Made by a program: the position numbers and the translations under genes. 64,000 nucleotides of DNA from Fimbriosthenelais zetlandica (lineage: Eukaryota): contig OZ365116.1 of the NCBI GenBank assembly GCA_977030845.1, positions 20,212,001 through 20,276,000 on the forward strand. The letters run 5' to 3'. The notes below the pieces were generated by a model. It ran no database searches, was not told where the DNA came from, and saw nothing but the letters and a program-made list of their open reading frames with translations. Positions 1 through 12,330 of the stretch are shown here, in pieces. Position 1 is the first letter of the stretch, and each line of letters starts with the position of its first letter.

Positions 1-1084
1 AAAGGACATCATTTAAAGGTGAATAAGCGCCATTAATAAAGTCAGGGTTTTCAGATTCGCAATCAAACTCATGTGGTACCATACCTTTTGGGCAATCGTA
101 ATCACCCTGACAGTCATAGACAATAGCATATGAATTTTTCAGGGAACAGGTTGTGTTTGATAATTGAGTGACTCTTAGCTGTGGGAGATGGTCACCATCA
201 TAAAGCTTTTTTCCAGTTTTCAGATTGCCTCCTTCACCATTGACAAGTATGTACTGGGGAACAACATTATAATTGTTCTGCACGGTCTCGTTCCCATTGT
301 CAACTGTTGGGTTTACAAAGGAAAGGCTGTCCCAGGTTTTAAGCACAGTGCAATTGACAGCATCAATGAAAAAAGATGGCCTACTTATCTTGCCAGGCCT
401 TTCTATTCGATAGGATAATCTGTAAGCCAGCATGGGCGTCACGTCTTCATTTAAACCTTCTACAAACACAACTAGGTCAACATCATTCTCCTCATCAAAT
501 GTCACCTCGGTTCGTAGGTGGCCTCGGTAACTGAGGGCACATTCTAAAGCCTTATTTGCAGATATTGACGGTAAAACTGAGGGTAAATCTTCCTCAATGC
601 CCTCCACTAAGTGACCTTTGACCTTACCAATCTTTTCACCATTCTTATCCACCTCCAACACTACAGCCTCACCCACCACGGGTAAACCTTTGTAAGTCTC
701 CACTAGTTTAAGCTTCTGCCTCCCTGAAGGTTTGTTCATCAGGGATTTAAAGTGTAAGTGTTCTCCTCGGCCAAGGTCGACTTTAACAGCAGTATGGTCC
801 GTGTTTATACCACCCTGACTCCCACCAATTGATCGTTTGTTCAATACGTGATGGCTTTGTTGATGAACTTCGATTCGTTTGGCACCATTAGAAACTATGG
901 TTTGAAAATAAATTCAAAGAGTGTCAGTGATAAAAAGATATCTAGATCCTAGAACAACAAACACGATTTATGTCAATCAAAAATATCAAAATACTGCCAA
1001 TATGACGAACAAAATTATGTCCTAGTTATAGAATTTACCTTGTAAGTAGAGCAGCAAAAGACAGGCATATATTGTAGAAAACAT
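1..1084 (-). CDS. M4 (thermolysin/vibriolysin-like) metalloprotease paralog B, 5' part; runs off the left edge of the window
   Basis: Not in the ORF track because there is no stop codon inside the window. Exon 1 is 1039-1084 (MFSTIYACLLLLYLQ, signal-like, donor G|GTAAAT, phase 1). Exon 2 is 894 to <1 after the acceptor CCATAG. It translates openly as ...KLVETYKGLPVVGEAVVLEVD...LAYRLSYRIERPGKISRPSFFIDAVNCTVLKTWD...GEGGNLKTG...INGAYSPLNDVL, collinear with the propeptide and catalytic N-domain of the 2002-4678 gene. Confidence 0.88.
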
Positions 1085-2001
1085 ATCGGATGATATATAG
1101 AGTCTGACCCAACACACGCAGCTAAACCAATAATGTACATACAGGAGTTGGATATGATCGGTGGGAAGTCAAATTTCTGGCTCCTGTCCATTCGAACAAC
1201 CCCAGATCACATATGTCCCTCAACCATCCTCATTCGATATAATACAATAACATCCCCAACAGGAGAATTTGGCAGGAGTGTTTGTAATACTCGGAAGTAA
1301 GTAGAACAAAGGGTCGTATTTAAAGTCGATTATTGTATCATCAATATCGATGTGTCACGTGTGGTAGTAGTGAACAGGGTTGTCCAATCCACGATTTGTT
1401 TCACCAATAATTGCATTATATATATCAAAGAAAACGACCATATTTTCATAATATATTGGAACATTTATTTGAATCAAGTGAATAGGTTACATAATCATCA
1501 TGACATAATTTGCAATTACATCTTAAGTAGGCCTTGTGGCAATGCCTCTACACTGGCTAAATGATAGTAAAATGACATTGTGGAATTTAACAGTAATATG
1601 TTCGAGATCATGCACAAACAATTGGTCCTTTCTCATCTTGATGAAATAAGTTCAACTAGACGTACCATTGTAAATTATACGTCTTTGATATTGGTTATTC
1701 AGACCATTATAATTGAGTTCATTGAGCATCAAGGTGTTCAGGCTTATTGCTTTTGATTAGAAAGTTAGTGAGCTTCAGCTTTACCACCGAGCAAAGCGTA
1801 CATTCTAACCTTCACATTAGAGACCGTCTTTGAACCTTCATAATGGAAGCCTTGTACTTCAAGATGATATTCACCATCTTGTGGGCGGCATAGGAATGCT
1901 GGTCCACCCAGAGTTCCAATGGCATCATACTCGTGTGAAATGCCATTTGGTCGTTGACCGTGTTTGATGTAGAAAGTAAGCCCTCCTTGTGGATCAGCAA
2001 T

Positions 2002-4678
2002 CTATGCCTGAAACATGACCTGGACTTTGTTGTCTATGAGAGTCTGTGGCATTGTGAAGGTGTAATATGAAGGCTCGTCTGTATTCAGGGTTTGCTCATC
2101 CATGATGGTCTGTACTGGTGTAAGAACCAGGAGAGTCACAGCAAGGTCATCAAAGGCAGTGAGAGAGATGGTACAAGGTGCCGCCTCACCACATTGTCCT
2201 GGTGTAGGAACAGTGAAAGTATCAGGCAGTCTACCGTGAGGAGCTCTTACATCGAACTTTACAGTACCAGCAGATACAGACATCTCAAGATCATAAACCT
2301 GATCTAGACTAAAGACAAGCTCCTTGACTGGTAAACCATAGGGATTCACTTTAAAGTTCATTGTTGTGTTGGCATCTATATTGATAGGTCCTGGTAATGT
2401 TGCAGCACCATCGTCAGAACAAGGAACAACACCAACTGCTAGGAAAGCATTGCTCACATCGGTGGACTTTAACTTTAAATCTTTTGCAGCTGAAACTACA
2501 CCACAAGCTGCCTCAGAAAAACTAGTTTCCGGTCCCCAGTAAAGAATATTAGCAAGAAGAAAGGCATGGAAGCTTTTCTGTATGTCCCATCCCTCAGTTG
2601 TGGCTAAATTGTAGAACGCCTTATTAAAGATACCACTACTTGAATGACTGTCCACTCCATAGCAATAATCTCTTAAGTGTCCAATAGAGAACCCATCCTT
2701 AGAAGGGTCCTTGAAATAGCGAAAAGACTTATTTGGAGATTTAACATCAGAGTAGCCAACATTCCAATCTACTTCTCCAAACAGGAAGTACTCAGAAGTT
2801 TCACCGGCCATGTCACTAAAGGCTTCACTAACAGCTCCAGACTCCCCGTCATTGTATAGCTCTGAATGAGCTGATGTTAGACCATGAGCCATCTCATGAG
2901 CCACCATATTAAGGGATGTCAAGGGATGAACAGCTTCACCTCCATCACCAATTAAAAGCTGGTCGCCATCCCAGGCAGCATTCTCCCACCTGTATCCATA
3001 CCTGACTAGAGCCTTCCATTGCTTCTTCCCTTCACTTCCCTTCATGAGGGGGTCACTCATGTTATACCAGTCACGAAGCATCTTTGCTGTAGTTCCAATG
3101 TGGAAGAAGACATCATTCATCGGTGAATAAGCACCATTGACAGGTTGAGCAACATCACCTTTCTCACAGTGGAACTGGTGCGGGGTCATCATTGAAGGTT
3201 CACAGTCAAAGCTGCCATTACAATTATAGACAAGAGCGTCACCATTTTCCAGTTGGCATGTACCGTTAGGCCACGCTAGTACTTCCAGTTTTGGGAGGTC
3301 ATACCCATACAAGTACTCTCCCACCTTATCATTGCCACCAATGCCGAACACTTTCCTCCTTGTAGCTACAGGGACATCTCTGTCGCCCGCCGACATCCTA
3401 CCATATCGTGTAATGGAGGCAAAGCTCATTGCGTCCCAGTGTTTAATTATCTGGCCATTTTGCGCATTGAGAATAAATGTTGGTTTTGAAATTCGTTGCC
3501 TCGTTTCAATTCTGTATGAGAGTTCATAGGCAAGGACAGCTTTCAAGTTGGCTCCTTGTCCAGTAACATAAATGACGAGACGGGCATCTCTATCAGGATT
3601 GAATTTGATTACTGACATGTCATCTTTAGCCTGCTGGACTGCCAATTGTAGGGCTTCGTCAGGATTGAAAAGAGGTTTGGTTAGAGGCAAATCGTCTTTC
3701 AAGCCTTTGACCAAACGACCCTGAACTTCACCAGTGAATTTATCATTACGATCAAGTTCTAGCACGACAGTCTCACCAATCACTGGCAGACCCTTGTATG
3801 TTTCCATCATCTTGACCTTGGTATGACCTTCTGGGGTCGTAAATTGGGAGGTGACCTTGAGATGTTCATCTGGAGCAAGTCCCAGCAAGGTCTCAGGAGC
3901 ATGGTCATTGGCTGTACGGAGTGATCGACGAATCCGATGATGTTCTAGGTTAATTCTGACCACGGCGATCACATCAGATACCATAAGAGCTGATAAAACA
4001 AGCAAGAAAAGCCATCAGAATAACGTCAGCTTAGGTAAAAATGGGGATGAAATTCGACTATGCTAATATACTAGGGTAAAGACCAACGGACCAGTTAAAG
4101 TCAAGGATGTGCAGAATTAAAATCACACTAACAGAAACCATATTTATGTATCAGTTAGGTTGCATTTAGATATTTCATTTCATGTGACTTTCTAAGTGAT
4201 GGATTATACCATGGGAAAAATTCCCTGTCAGGTCTTTGAGTCTCGCACAATTTGCCAATATTAGAACCCGCATTATTCCAGCAGTTAGGCCTATATGGGG
4301 GAATTGCCCTAGCTGCACTCCTCGTCTATAGTGGTTTATAATCATGTTACATATAAGATGGTTGTATAACAAGCGAATATACTGCTCTAGAAAAACACTT
4401 GACTCTGGATTGTTCTATATACATCACTCAGCTTCAAACATGGCAGGCTATTCTTGACAAAAACCTAGACATTTTGCTAGTATTTACATAAATATGGTCT
4501 TTTTCCATTCTGTTAAGCAATTATGTCAGAAGACCGACATATTATACAAATGTCAAAAATATGTCATAGATATATGTATCTATAAAACATGGCGTTGTTT
4601 TGTAAAGGACGATGAATGGAGCATCCACATATAAAAAGGTTTACACTCACCAGTAAATATACAGATGATTAGCTTCAT
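2002..4678 (-). CDS. Secreted M4 family zinc metalloprotease (signal, FTP/PepSY-like propeptide, M4 catalytic domain, C-terminal beta/PPC-like domains); 671 aa to the TAG at 2002, frame continues to 1765
   Basis: Exon 1 is 4651-4678 (MKLIICIFT, donor G|GTGAGT). Exon 2 is 3989-2002 after TTTTATCAG, giving MKLIICIFTALMVSDVIA. Motifs: WENAAWDG, the HEXXH zinc motif AHEMAHG, third ligand EAFSD, catalytic His in DSHSSSGIFNKAFY, and NGAYSPMND, all matching thermolysin/elastase/vibriolysin signatures. Confidence 0.93.
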
Positions 4679-4813
4679 TGTGGATGGTGCAGTTTGGCTG
4701 GAGAATATGGTGAATCTATGTGTCTATCTCTCGTCCGTTATCTCTTGAGGCAGTCTATTGAGTGACAGTTCTTCCTTGTTGCTGAATGACCGGAGAGACT
4801 AATGGTCACCAAA

Positions 4814-4819
4814 TTTATA
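4814..4819 (-). promoter_or_regulatory. Candidate TATA box of M4 paralog A
   Basis: TATAAA on the minus strand about 140 nt upstream of the ATG at 4678. Confidence 0.4.
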
Positions 4820-6299
4820 CAAAACCAACCCCACCTCATATCGCCCACTAATTTATATGACGTGGTTAGTAAACGCAATTTCTTACTAAGCACTTCCTGT
4901 CAGGGTATCGATGGCGTCTGTCTTAATCACCCTCATCTAACCCTCATCTAATCAAAACTCACAAAAACACATCAACTCATTATTATCAGGCACAATATTA
5001 TGCCACTTCATTAAAGATTTTTCAATTTAGTCCAGAAATAGGCACCCGCATGTTAGAGACCATGCTGGTGTCATTGACGTCATTGGGAGTGTGGTAATTG
5101 GTATATTGACTAAATGTTTGACTAAAGTAATGTTTTGCTGACGACATTTATGAGTCGTGAGTACCTCTGACAAATTTTGAAGTTTGTCATTTGTTTGAGT
5201 TGATGAGTATAATAATTCCTGGTATCCCTATAATCCATTTACAGGGTAATATTATGACTCCATTGAGGTTTGGGAAGGGTTGTGGGTTGAAAATAACTGT
5301 AAATATAGTTTTATATCTTGTCTTCCTCTCTATATGTCCTGCTCAACAACTGTCTCTAACCATCATCTGTCAGTAGATACAATTCTACAGGATGCTCGCT
5401 GAGAATTCACACACTTAACTCAAAACAAACACCATGAGAAAGTATTGTTTTCATCGATATTTGCAACACATATATAACCGGTATATAACCAAAGATTGAC
5501 CCCTCATAATAAAAGCGACAGTAACTAGACCAACGTATTAGTTAAAACAGAGACCCTATATGAATATAAGGTATCTGGTTATACGAATTAAAACAGAATG
5601 AAAGGAACAAGAAAATGTCAAACACACAGCTTGAAGTCCGGAATCTATCAAGCATTGACATGAAAAACAAACAGAGTTCTGCATTAATGTATTTACCAAT
5701 GCATAAGTCATCAGCCACACCCCATCGATGTGGAGTATGACAAGAAAAAAATGAATATGAATGGTCATGTATCCCGATCCCAAATGAAAGGCATCTTTTT
5801 CTATACGCTTTTGCTTGCAGGTGTTTCAAAATTTTAACGTAACATTGACCATAGCAAATAGATGTGTTGGATTCCAAAACCAACTTTCAGTTTAAAACGT
5901 AACTGTGATGAGGGAAATGTGGCATTAGAGCCATGTATGCACCTGTGGTTACAAATGCAGGCGTCACTAGGCAGGCAGCATCAGCATCAGCCCACCAAAT
6001 GCTATACAGCAAGCTGGAGGAGGGACAAGGTGACAAGCATACGACAGACTCTGAAGCAGTTGGTGAATCAGTCAAGGAGATCAAATTTTTAACAAAGTGA
6101 CCCTCTGATATCCATCTTGAAAAAACAGCGCGCCTCTGGACTACAGAGTACCCCATGCATATAATGGTCATAGATATTGCACTCAGCCATTGGATTTAGA
6201 CAGATTATCTCCTTCTGGGCTTATTATATACCGAAGGTGAGTGTTAAACGAAAGAAACCTTGTGTTTAATCACTTTTTACTTTCATAAAGTTATATGCC

Positions 6300-9200
6300 A
6301 TGCACCTTTTCAAACACCATGCACCTTTTCTTCGTTACACTTTCAGCATGGATCATATAACTAATGACGTTACTCAAACAACTGCTGTAGATACGACTGC
6401 ACCTGTCCTGACCCATGACATCCCAAAAGTGGTGATAAGCAATGCTCCCACGACCACAAGACGTTATGCCACAGTCAGATGGTACATAGAGTCTGACTCT
6501 GATGATGGTACGTAACAAGCATCCTCATCTATCATGACGGATATCTCTCATATTATCATTAATCTAACTTCATCTATGTCCTTGTTTTAGGGGTGGGGTC
6601 TCTACAGCGTGAACCTTCAGGTTCCCTTAAGCAGGCCCTGAAGGATGACTTCAGTAGACGCTCATCACTGACGTCATCGAGTATCTCTGACAGTGACCTC
6701 TATGACACCGACCTCGAGGATGTCCCAGACTATATTAACTCAGGTGAGCTTTATAATGACTCACTATCGTGGCATTTCCACTTAGTTTACTTTAATGCAT
6801 ACATCTTTTGAACTTGGAAATCTGATGCACAGCCATATTGACCATCCTTCAATAAACTGTCAGCACCAGAGAGGGACTTGGCCCGGTCTTCTGGTTGGTG
6901 GGGAATATTTTGGCAGTGAATGAGAGGTAATGATATGGGGCGAGTGAAAGTTACTGGCAGAGGTGACTGTCTCTGCCTCATCAGATCAATGACTTCAGTT
7001 TTTATAACTGGATTACCATGGCAACACGCCTTTCTATTGTTTACTATTGATGGTCGCTTTTATCTATGGACAGCTAATCTCTATTGATGAGTGTTTGGCT
7101 TCTCTTTTTCAACTTCTTTCATTTGATAAATTTTTCATCTCTTTTGCGACGATTATGATTTGAAGTGGAAGACTTGATGTATGACGTATGAATAAGTAAA
7201 GTAAACACCGTGCTATGGGGACTAGTCCGTACATATTATACAGATAAATAGTTGATGATTAAAACGTTGGCTGAAAATTTGTTGGTTGAAAATTCATGGG
7301 TGTGAGGGGGGGGGGGGGGGGGGGGGGTGTTCGCTGGCCTGAATTAAGGTGCAATCCTAGTGTATAAATGTAGCTGGGACAATTTCAGGAGAAGGGAGTA
7401 AGGGGCTCTTCATGAATGTCCTAATTTGATACCCTTATCCATCCCTAACTGCAAATTCTAATAGAACCAGCTTTGTCCCAGACTGCTGTATACTTTATCC
7501 ATAATATAGGTCCCTGTAAATTACATGCAATGAAGGGACATTATATGAAGCATAAATATCTAGAACATTGCCATAAATGGTTCTAATTCTCATGCCATCC
7601 ATGGACGTGTAGCTCTTAAAAACAATCCACTCCCGCCTCATCCTTTATAGAGGATGGTTTAGTCCGTCTATGTCAGATGCTTTGAAACATTTTCCTAAAA
7701 ATCTGATCAAATGATTTGAGAGTGACTCTTTGGCTATCAACATAATGTCTGTATCCAAATCTCAGTGTGTGCACCTTATCGATTATTGCGGGCCATGGAT
7801 CACGAGATTAATGTATTTCACCAACAACACCAGTAAGTGCCTGCAGCTAATGCCTCCAACACTGATTCTCAGGGGTTATAGGTGGGGAGGGGCGTGTAGA
7901 AGAAAATAAAATAAATCGACAATATTTAACTTTAAAAAAGATAGTGTATAATAGAAAATTGTTCTCCGAAACTAATCGGACATTAACAGCCCCCTTCTGG
8001 GCATGCAATGACAATGCGCTCAGTCAGTATGAGTGCCCCCCTTTTCACCGAGAGTTTATAGATTGCAGTGGCGACTGTTCATGTCACAAGCCAGTGATTT
8101 TGACTGTGAGTAGGACATGGATGACTTAACATTGAGGTCTGGCCACCAAACATTCGCTCATAAAACGTCAATACTCAATAATTCACAATGAGATATATAC
8201 AACGGCATTCATGATTATCATATTCATGTCCTGATAGCATCATGTGTCAATTATAACATCAATGTTCAATATGAAACTTAAACTATACTCTTTCTTTTTT
8301 CAAGTTGGGATTGTTCCAACTGATCCCAATCCAGAGGTGGGTAACATGACTTACTTGACGTCATGTACTGAGCACATGGCGGTCCCGCAGTCAGCTGTAG
8401 CAGACAGTCTGAGCAAGGAGCAGCTCAATGTGGCCGGGCGCAACATGGGTGATCGAGATATTATACCGCTAGCCAAGGCCCTGAAAGTATAAAATTACAA
8501 TTTATATAACTACCATGATGTACAGTAGAAGTACCTTATATATCAATACTTTTTTCGGCAATTAAGTCATTTCAATTGTTCATAGACAATGAGTTAATTT
8601 CCTCTAGTATTATGGTGATATTACTCTCGATTATGTCTCCAGTGCATGGGGGCACATTGTGAACCAGTATGGACATTAATAATGATTTACTTAATGATAT
8701 TCTCATACAGAATAATCATCCAGGGCATGTGATAAATATAAACTGGTCTTTGCCAACACCAACAACCCTATGATCATCATATACCGCACAAAAATTGTTA
8801 TCTTTTCTTTGTATGTATATACACATAAATATCATGAAGGCAGCAGATAAGTGTGACAGACTACAGGTCTACTCATTGCACCTCATTTACCATATAAAAG
8901 TGACTGAAAACTTAATGATAACTAATTAACTATATCTAGAAAAATGATGCATAACATTTTGGTATTTGCAGTTGAATGCATCATTAAGTGAATTAGACTT
9001 GTCTGGAAACGCTATTGGCTATGCCGGAATGGTTGAGCTCTCAACAGCCTTGAGAAAGAACATCACCATAGAAGTATTGGTAAGTGTATCTCTGTTGGTC
9101 CTTTTGATCAAAATTCATACACAAATCAATAACCATTGTAGAGTTTAACTAGACATGTACAATGAAAAGACATGCAATTCAAATATGATGCGTGCACAAG

Positions 9201-11799
9201 CAGTCATCAAGTAATATATGGCCAAAAGAAACACCATAGCAGTGATATGATAAACTGTTCGATATTAATATACGACACAAAATTCAATTTACTTTGCATC
9301 GTTTTCAAAACGATGAACAGAATCTGTCTGGCAATAACATAGGGGTGCTTGGAGCTGCCGCACTGGCAGAAATGATGCAGCACAACTCAGGAGTGAGAAG
9401 ACTTGACATATCCAGTGAGTGTACACTAAAATTTCAACCCGTTATCAACCTTATAGTGCTATTCAGCCTCATATGAACAACATAATGAATTAGGATTGAT
9501 TACTTATTGACCAAAAACTTTTCCAGATAACCAGTTAGAAGATGAAGCGGCAAAGTTCCTGGGCATTGGGATTGAGGTAAAGGGTAAAGTATAATAGAAG
9601 ATCGTCGATTATTAACATATAGCGAATCAGCGAACTAACGTGCGACTATCGCATCATGATGTATATCAACCCATGCAGGTCTTAGTCTACAGATGTATCT
9701 TTATCTTCAAGGTGACTGTAAGAATTGAAGATTTGAATCTAAGTGATAACAGATTTGGAGAACAAGGAGGACTATATCTGGGAGTTGGATTGCGTGAGTA
9801 AAATCCTACTTTGGTAGATAAGGTCAGAAGTGTATGCGGCCCGTGTAACCACAAGTGAGGCTTTTTAGCCTCAAAGCAAACGATCCACATTTTGGGTTTG
9901 TCTCCTTATAATTCTCCCCGTTTTACTTAGAGAAAAACGAATCGATCAGGAGTCTCAATATTGCATGGAACTCACTACGCTTGAAGGGAGCCGTGAAAAT
10001 GGTACAAGGTGTGCAGGTATGTGATCATCCAAAACTTGCAACATGAAATTTCTTTAGTTATTTTTACATATATTAAATCAACAATAAAAGGATCTAATAT
10101 TGTTGATATTTCATGAAGGAAAACATGATGACGACCAGTGTGGATGCGTCCTATAATGGGTTTGGGTATGATGGTGCATTGGCTGTTCAACGCCTTCTAG
10201 TGGAGAGTATTTACATTAAAGAGCTGGATCTGACAGCTAACAGGTTGGATTGGAGATGTGCTGAACTGCTGGCAGAGGGCCTCAAAGTCAACAGTAACCT
10301 AGAGATCCTGAAGGCATGTAATATTCCACATTATAACCTATAGATACAGCTCCTATATACCTTAACATATACTATACCTAGTAGGGGAAGGTATGACACA
10401 AGAAGGGCAGTTGAATGTTAAAATTAATTGTTGTAATTATGTCAAATTGAAACAGATTGGCAAGAACCCTTTAACAACAACAGGGACAATGGACATCATT
10501 GATGCAGTCTCTTCTCCTCTATGTGGTCTCCGAATTTTGGACATCACGGTCAGGCCATACTTAAAGAGCTACATTACACCTCACTTTTCAAAAAAATAAT
10601 TACCATCCCAAGTTCGAACTACCATAAGTGGATACATTGAAAGTTTTGTATTAGAGTATGAAAGGCTACTAATACACATGTTGATTTGTGACTGCAGGAT
10701 GTACCAGTTCTAAGGGATTTCGTAATGATTGCGGAGACATTAGCAGAAATCCGTGATTTCTCCTACATCCACGGTGGACTAGTGAGCTCACCTGACTTCT
10801 TAGGCCGCAGAGACAGTAAGCATTCAACACTCTTAAATCACTGCGTTTGAGTTACCAACTTAGTTTTGGTAAATAGTGGTATTTAATGGTATTGCTTTGA
10901 TATATTTTAGTAAGGAGAATTGATCCAATGCAGAAGCTGAAGGACTTCATGGTAGACTGGGGAATTCGGCCTAACGAATTGTACAAAATCATCAACAAAA
11001 AACAAAGGATTGAAATGGAACCAGATGAGTTCGTTAACAGTCTAAAGGTATTATAAAAGTTATATCAATTCATTTACAGTCAACCCCCAGTTTTAATACC
11101 ATGATTTATGTTGATTGACTATGAAAAAATGATAGTGAAAATCCCTTTGGTTCATATTCTTATCTTACAGAAAGTTGGCGTCCCTGTGACTGAAGATGAG
11201 TTTTCTGACATTATAAAGAGGATGGATGAATTAAACCAGAGGAATACAGATGGAATTTCCTATACGTATGATAATTCTGTACCTCGAGCTATAAGCAATG
11301 ATTTATTACTTATTGCACTAATGTTAGATAGGAGATTGTTCATGTTAAACCTTTGTCTATTGACAGGGAACTCCTCAGTGGGATCAAGGCTCAGGAGAAA
11401 CGTGAACGGATCACAAAGATGAGAGAACGTGACCAGAAGATTCTCCGTGAGATGTACCACAAGCGAATCCTCCATCCTCAGCTTCCACCTTTAGCTGATG
11501 ATAAACAAGTCATAGATGTTGACAAAAAGTTTCAACTACTTTTACTGGAACAATCAAAGTCAACAAACCTTCCACCAATAGACCTGAATACTAATTTAAA
11601 GATAGGAGGAAATGCTGAGGAAAGTGGGAAGACAATGGAACTTTATACCTCCATGAGTAGTCAAGACAAACCAGAGTCAAGACAAAAAGCCCCCAAGGTC
11701 ATGTCAATGACAAGACCAATTGGAGCAAAATCAAAAGGTTTTGGGGAGAATTATAAAAAGAAGAGACGGAGGAAGAAGAAGAGGACAAGCAAGAAGTAA
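6300..11799 (+). CDS. LRRC74A: Leucine-rich repeat protein, LRRC74A-like (RI-type LRRs, EF-hand-like C-terminal region, basic tail); 14 exons, 677 aa
   Basis: Exons 6300-6507, 6591-6743, 8305-8486, 8972-9079, 9321-9414, 9527-9576, 9712-9793, 9931-10016, 10119-10313 (GC donor), 10456-10548, 10698-10815, 10911-11047, 11171-11265 and 11367-11799, total 2034 nt in frame. LRR units include LSELDLSGNAIG, NLSGNNIG, IEDLNLSDNRFGEQGG, LNIAWNSLRLKGA and LDLTANRLD. YLTSCTEHMAVPQS resembles the LRRC74 N-cap. The start could instead be the ATG near 6348. Confidence 0.8.
7306..7327. repeat. poly(G) tract
   Basis: About 22 consecutive G in intron 2 of the LRR gene. Confidence 0.9.
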
Positions 11800-12086
11800 T
11801 AATCTAAATAGTAAAGATAAGACAAAATATGTGATTGTACTGTGATATGCAATTAAAGCCAGCCAATAAAAGATACAAATTCAGAATGATCAGAGAAATC
11901 CAGAGTGAAATGTGCAGTTTAGTTTCTCTGATCAGTCTCTACTACATGTATACAAGAACTAGAATTGGACACACTGTCGTGTGTTGTATCGAAGGCTATT
12001 TGTCAATTTAGATTTTGTAGACCAATTGGAGCAAAATCAAAAGGTTTTGGGGAGAATTATAAAAAGAAGAGACGGAGGAAAAAGAA
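11713..12086 (+). repeat. ~68-bp direct repeat: 11713-11780 (end of LRR CDS) copied at 12019-12086
   Basis: AGACCAATTGGAGCAAAATCAAAAGGTTTTGGGGAGAATTATAAAAAGAAGAGACGGAGGAA occurs in both places, then one mismatch. Confidence 0.92.
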
Positions 12087-12330
12087 TACTTGATCAAATT
12101 GTACATATGGACTATTCCTGACGATATTTGTCTGCTATATTAATTGTGCATTTGTAGGTAACGTAGAACATTCTTTTCGAGCATTGTTTACAAATTTAAA
12201 ACCAAGTGACTAGTATAGTCGAAGGCCTGAATAGCCTTCGACAAAAAGTCAAATACATTGCTAATTTTTAAAAATTAATTTGGTGTTATCATTGGAAATT
12301 CATACTGAATTAAAATTCCTGCTATTATTA

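Noticed and set aside
188-418. ORF 76 aa (+)
   Set aside because: Antisense shadow of M4 paralog B
2002-2019. 18-nt GT...AG (GTCATGTTTCAGGCATAG) that would remove the in-frame stop
   Set aside because: Too short for a normal spliceosomal intron, and the segment looks like part of the domain's beta strand.
1-4678. Bacterial contamination as the source of the M4 genes
   Set aside because: Both copies have a GT-AG intron that restores a signal peptide, and they are contiguous with animal genes (read-level confirmation is still needed).
12218-12248. Rho-independent terminator
   Set aside because: Eukaryotic context, and the A/T run is on the wrong side of the hairpin for either strand.
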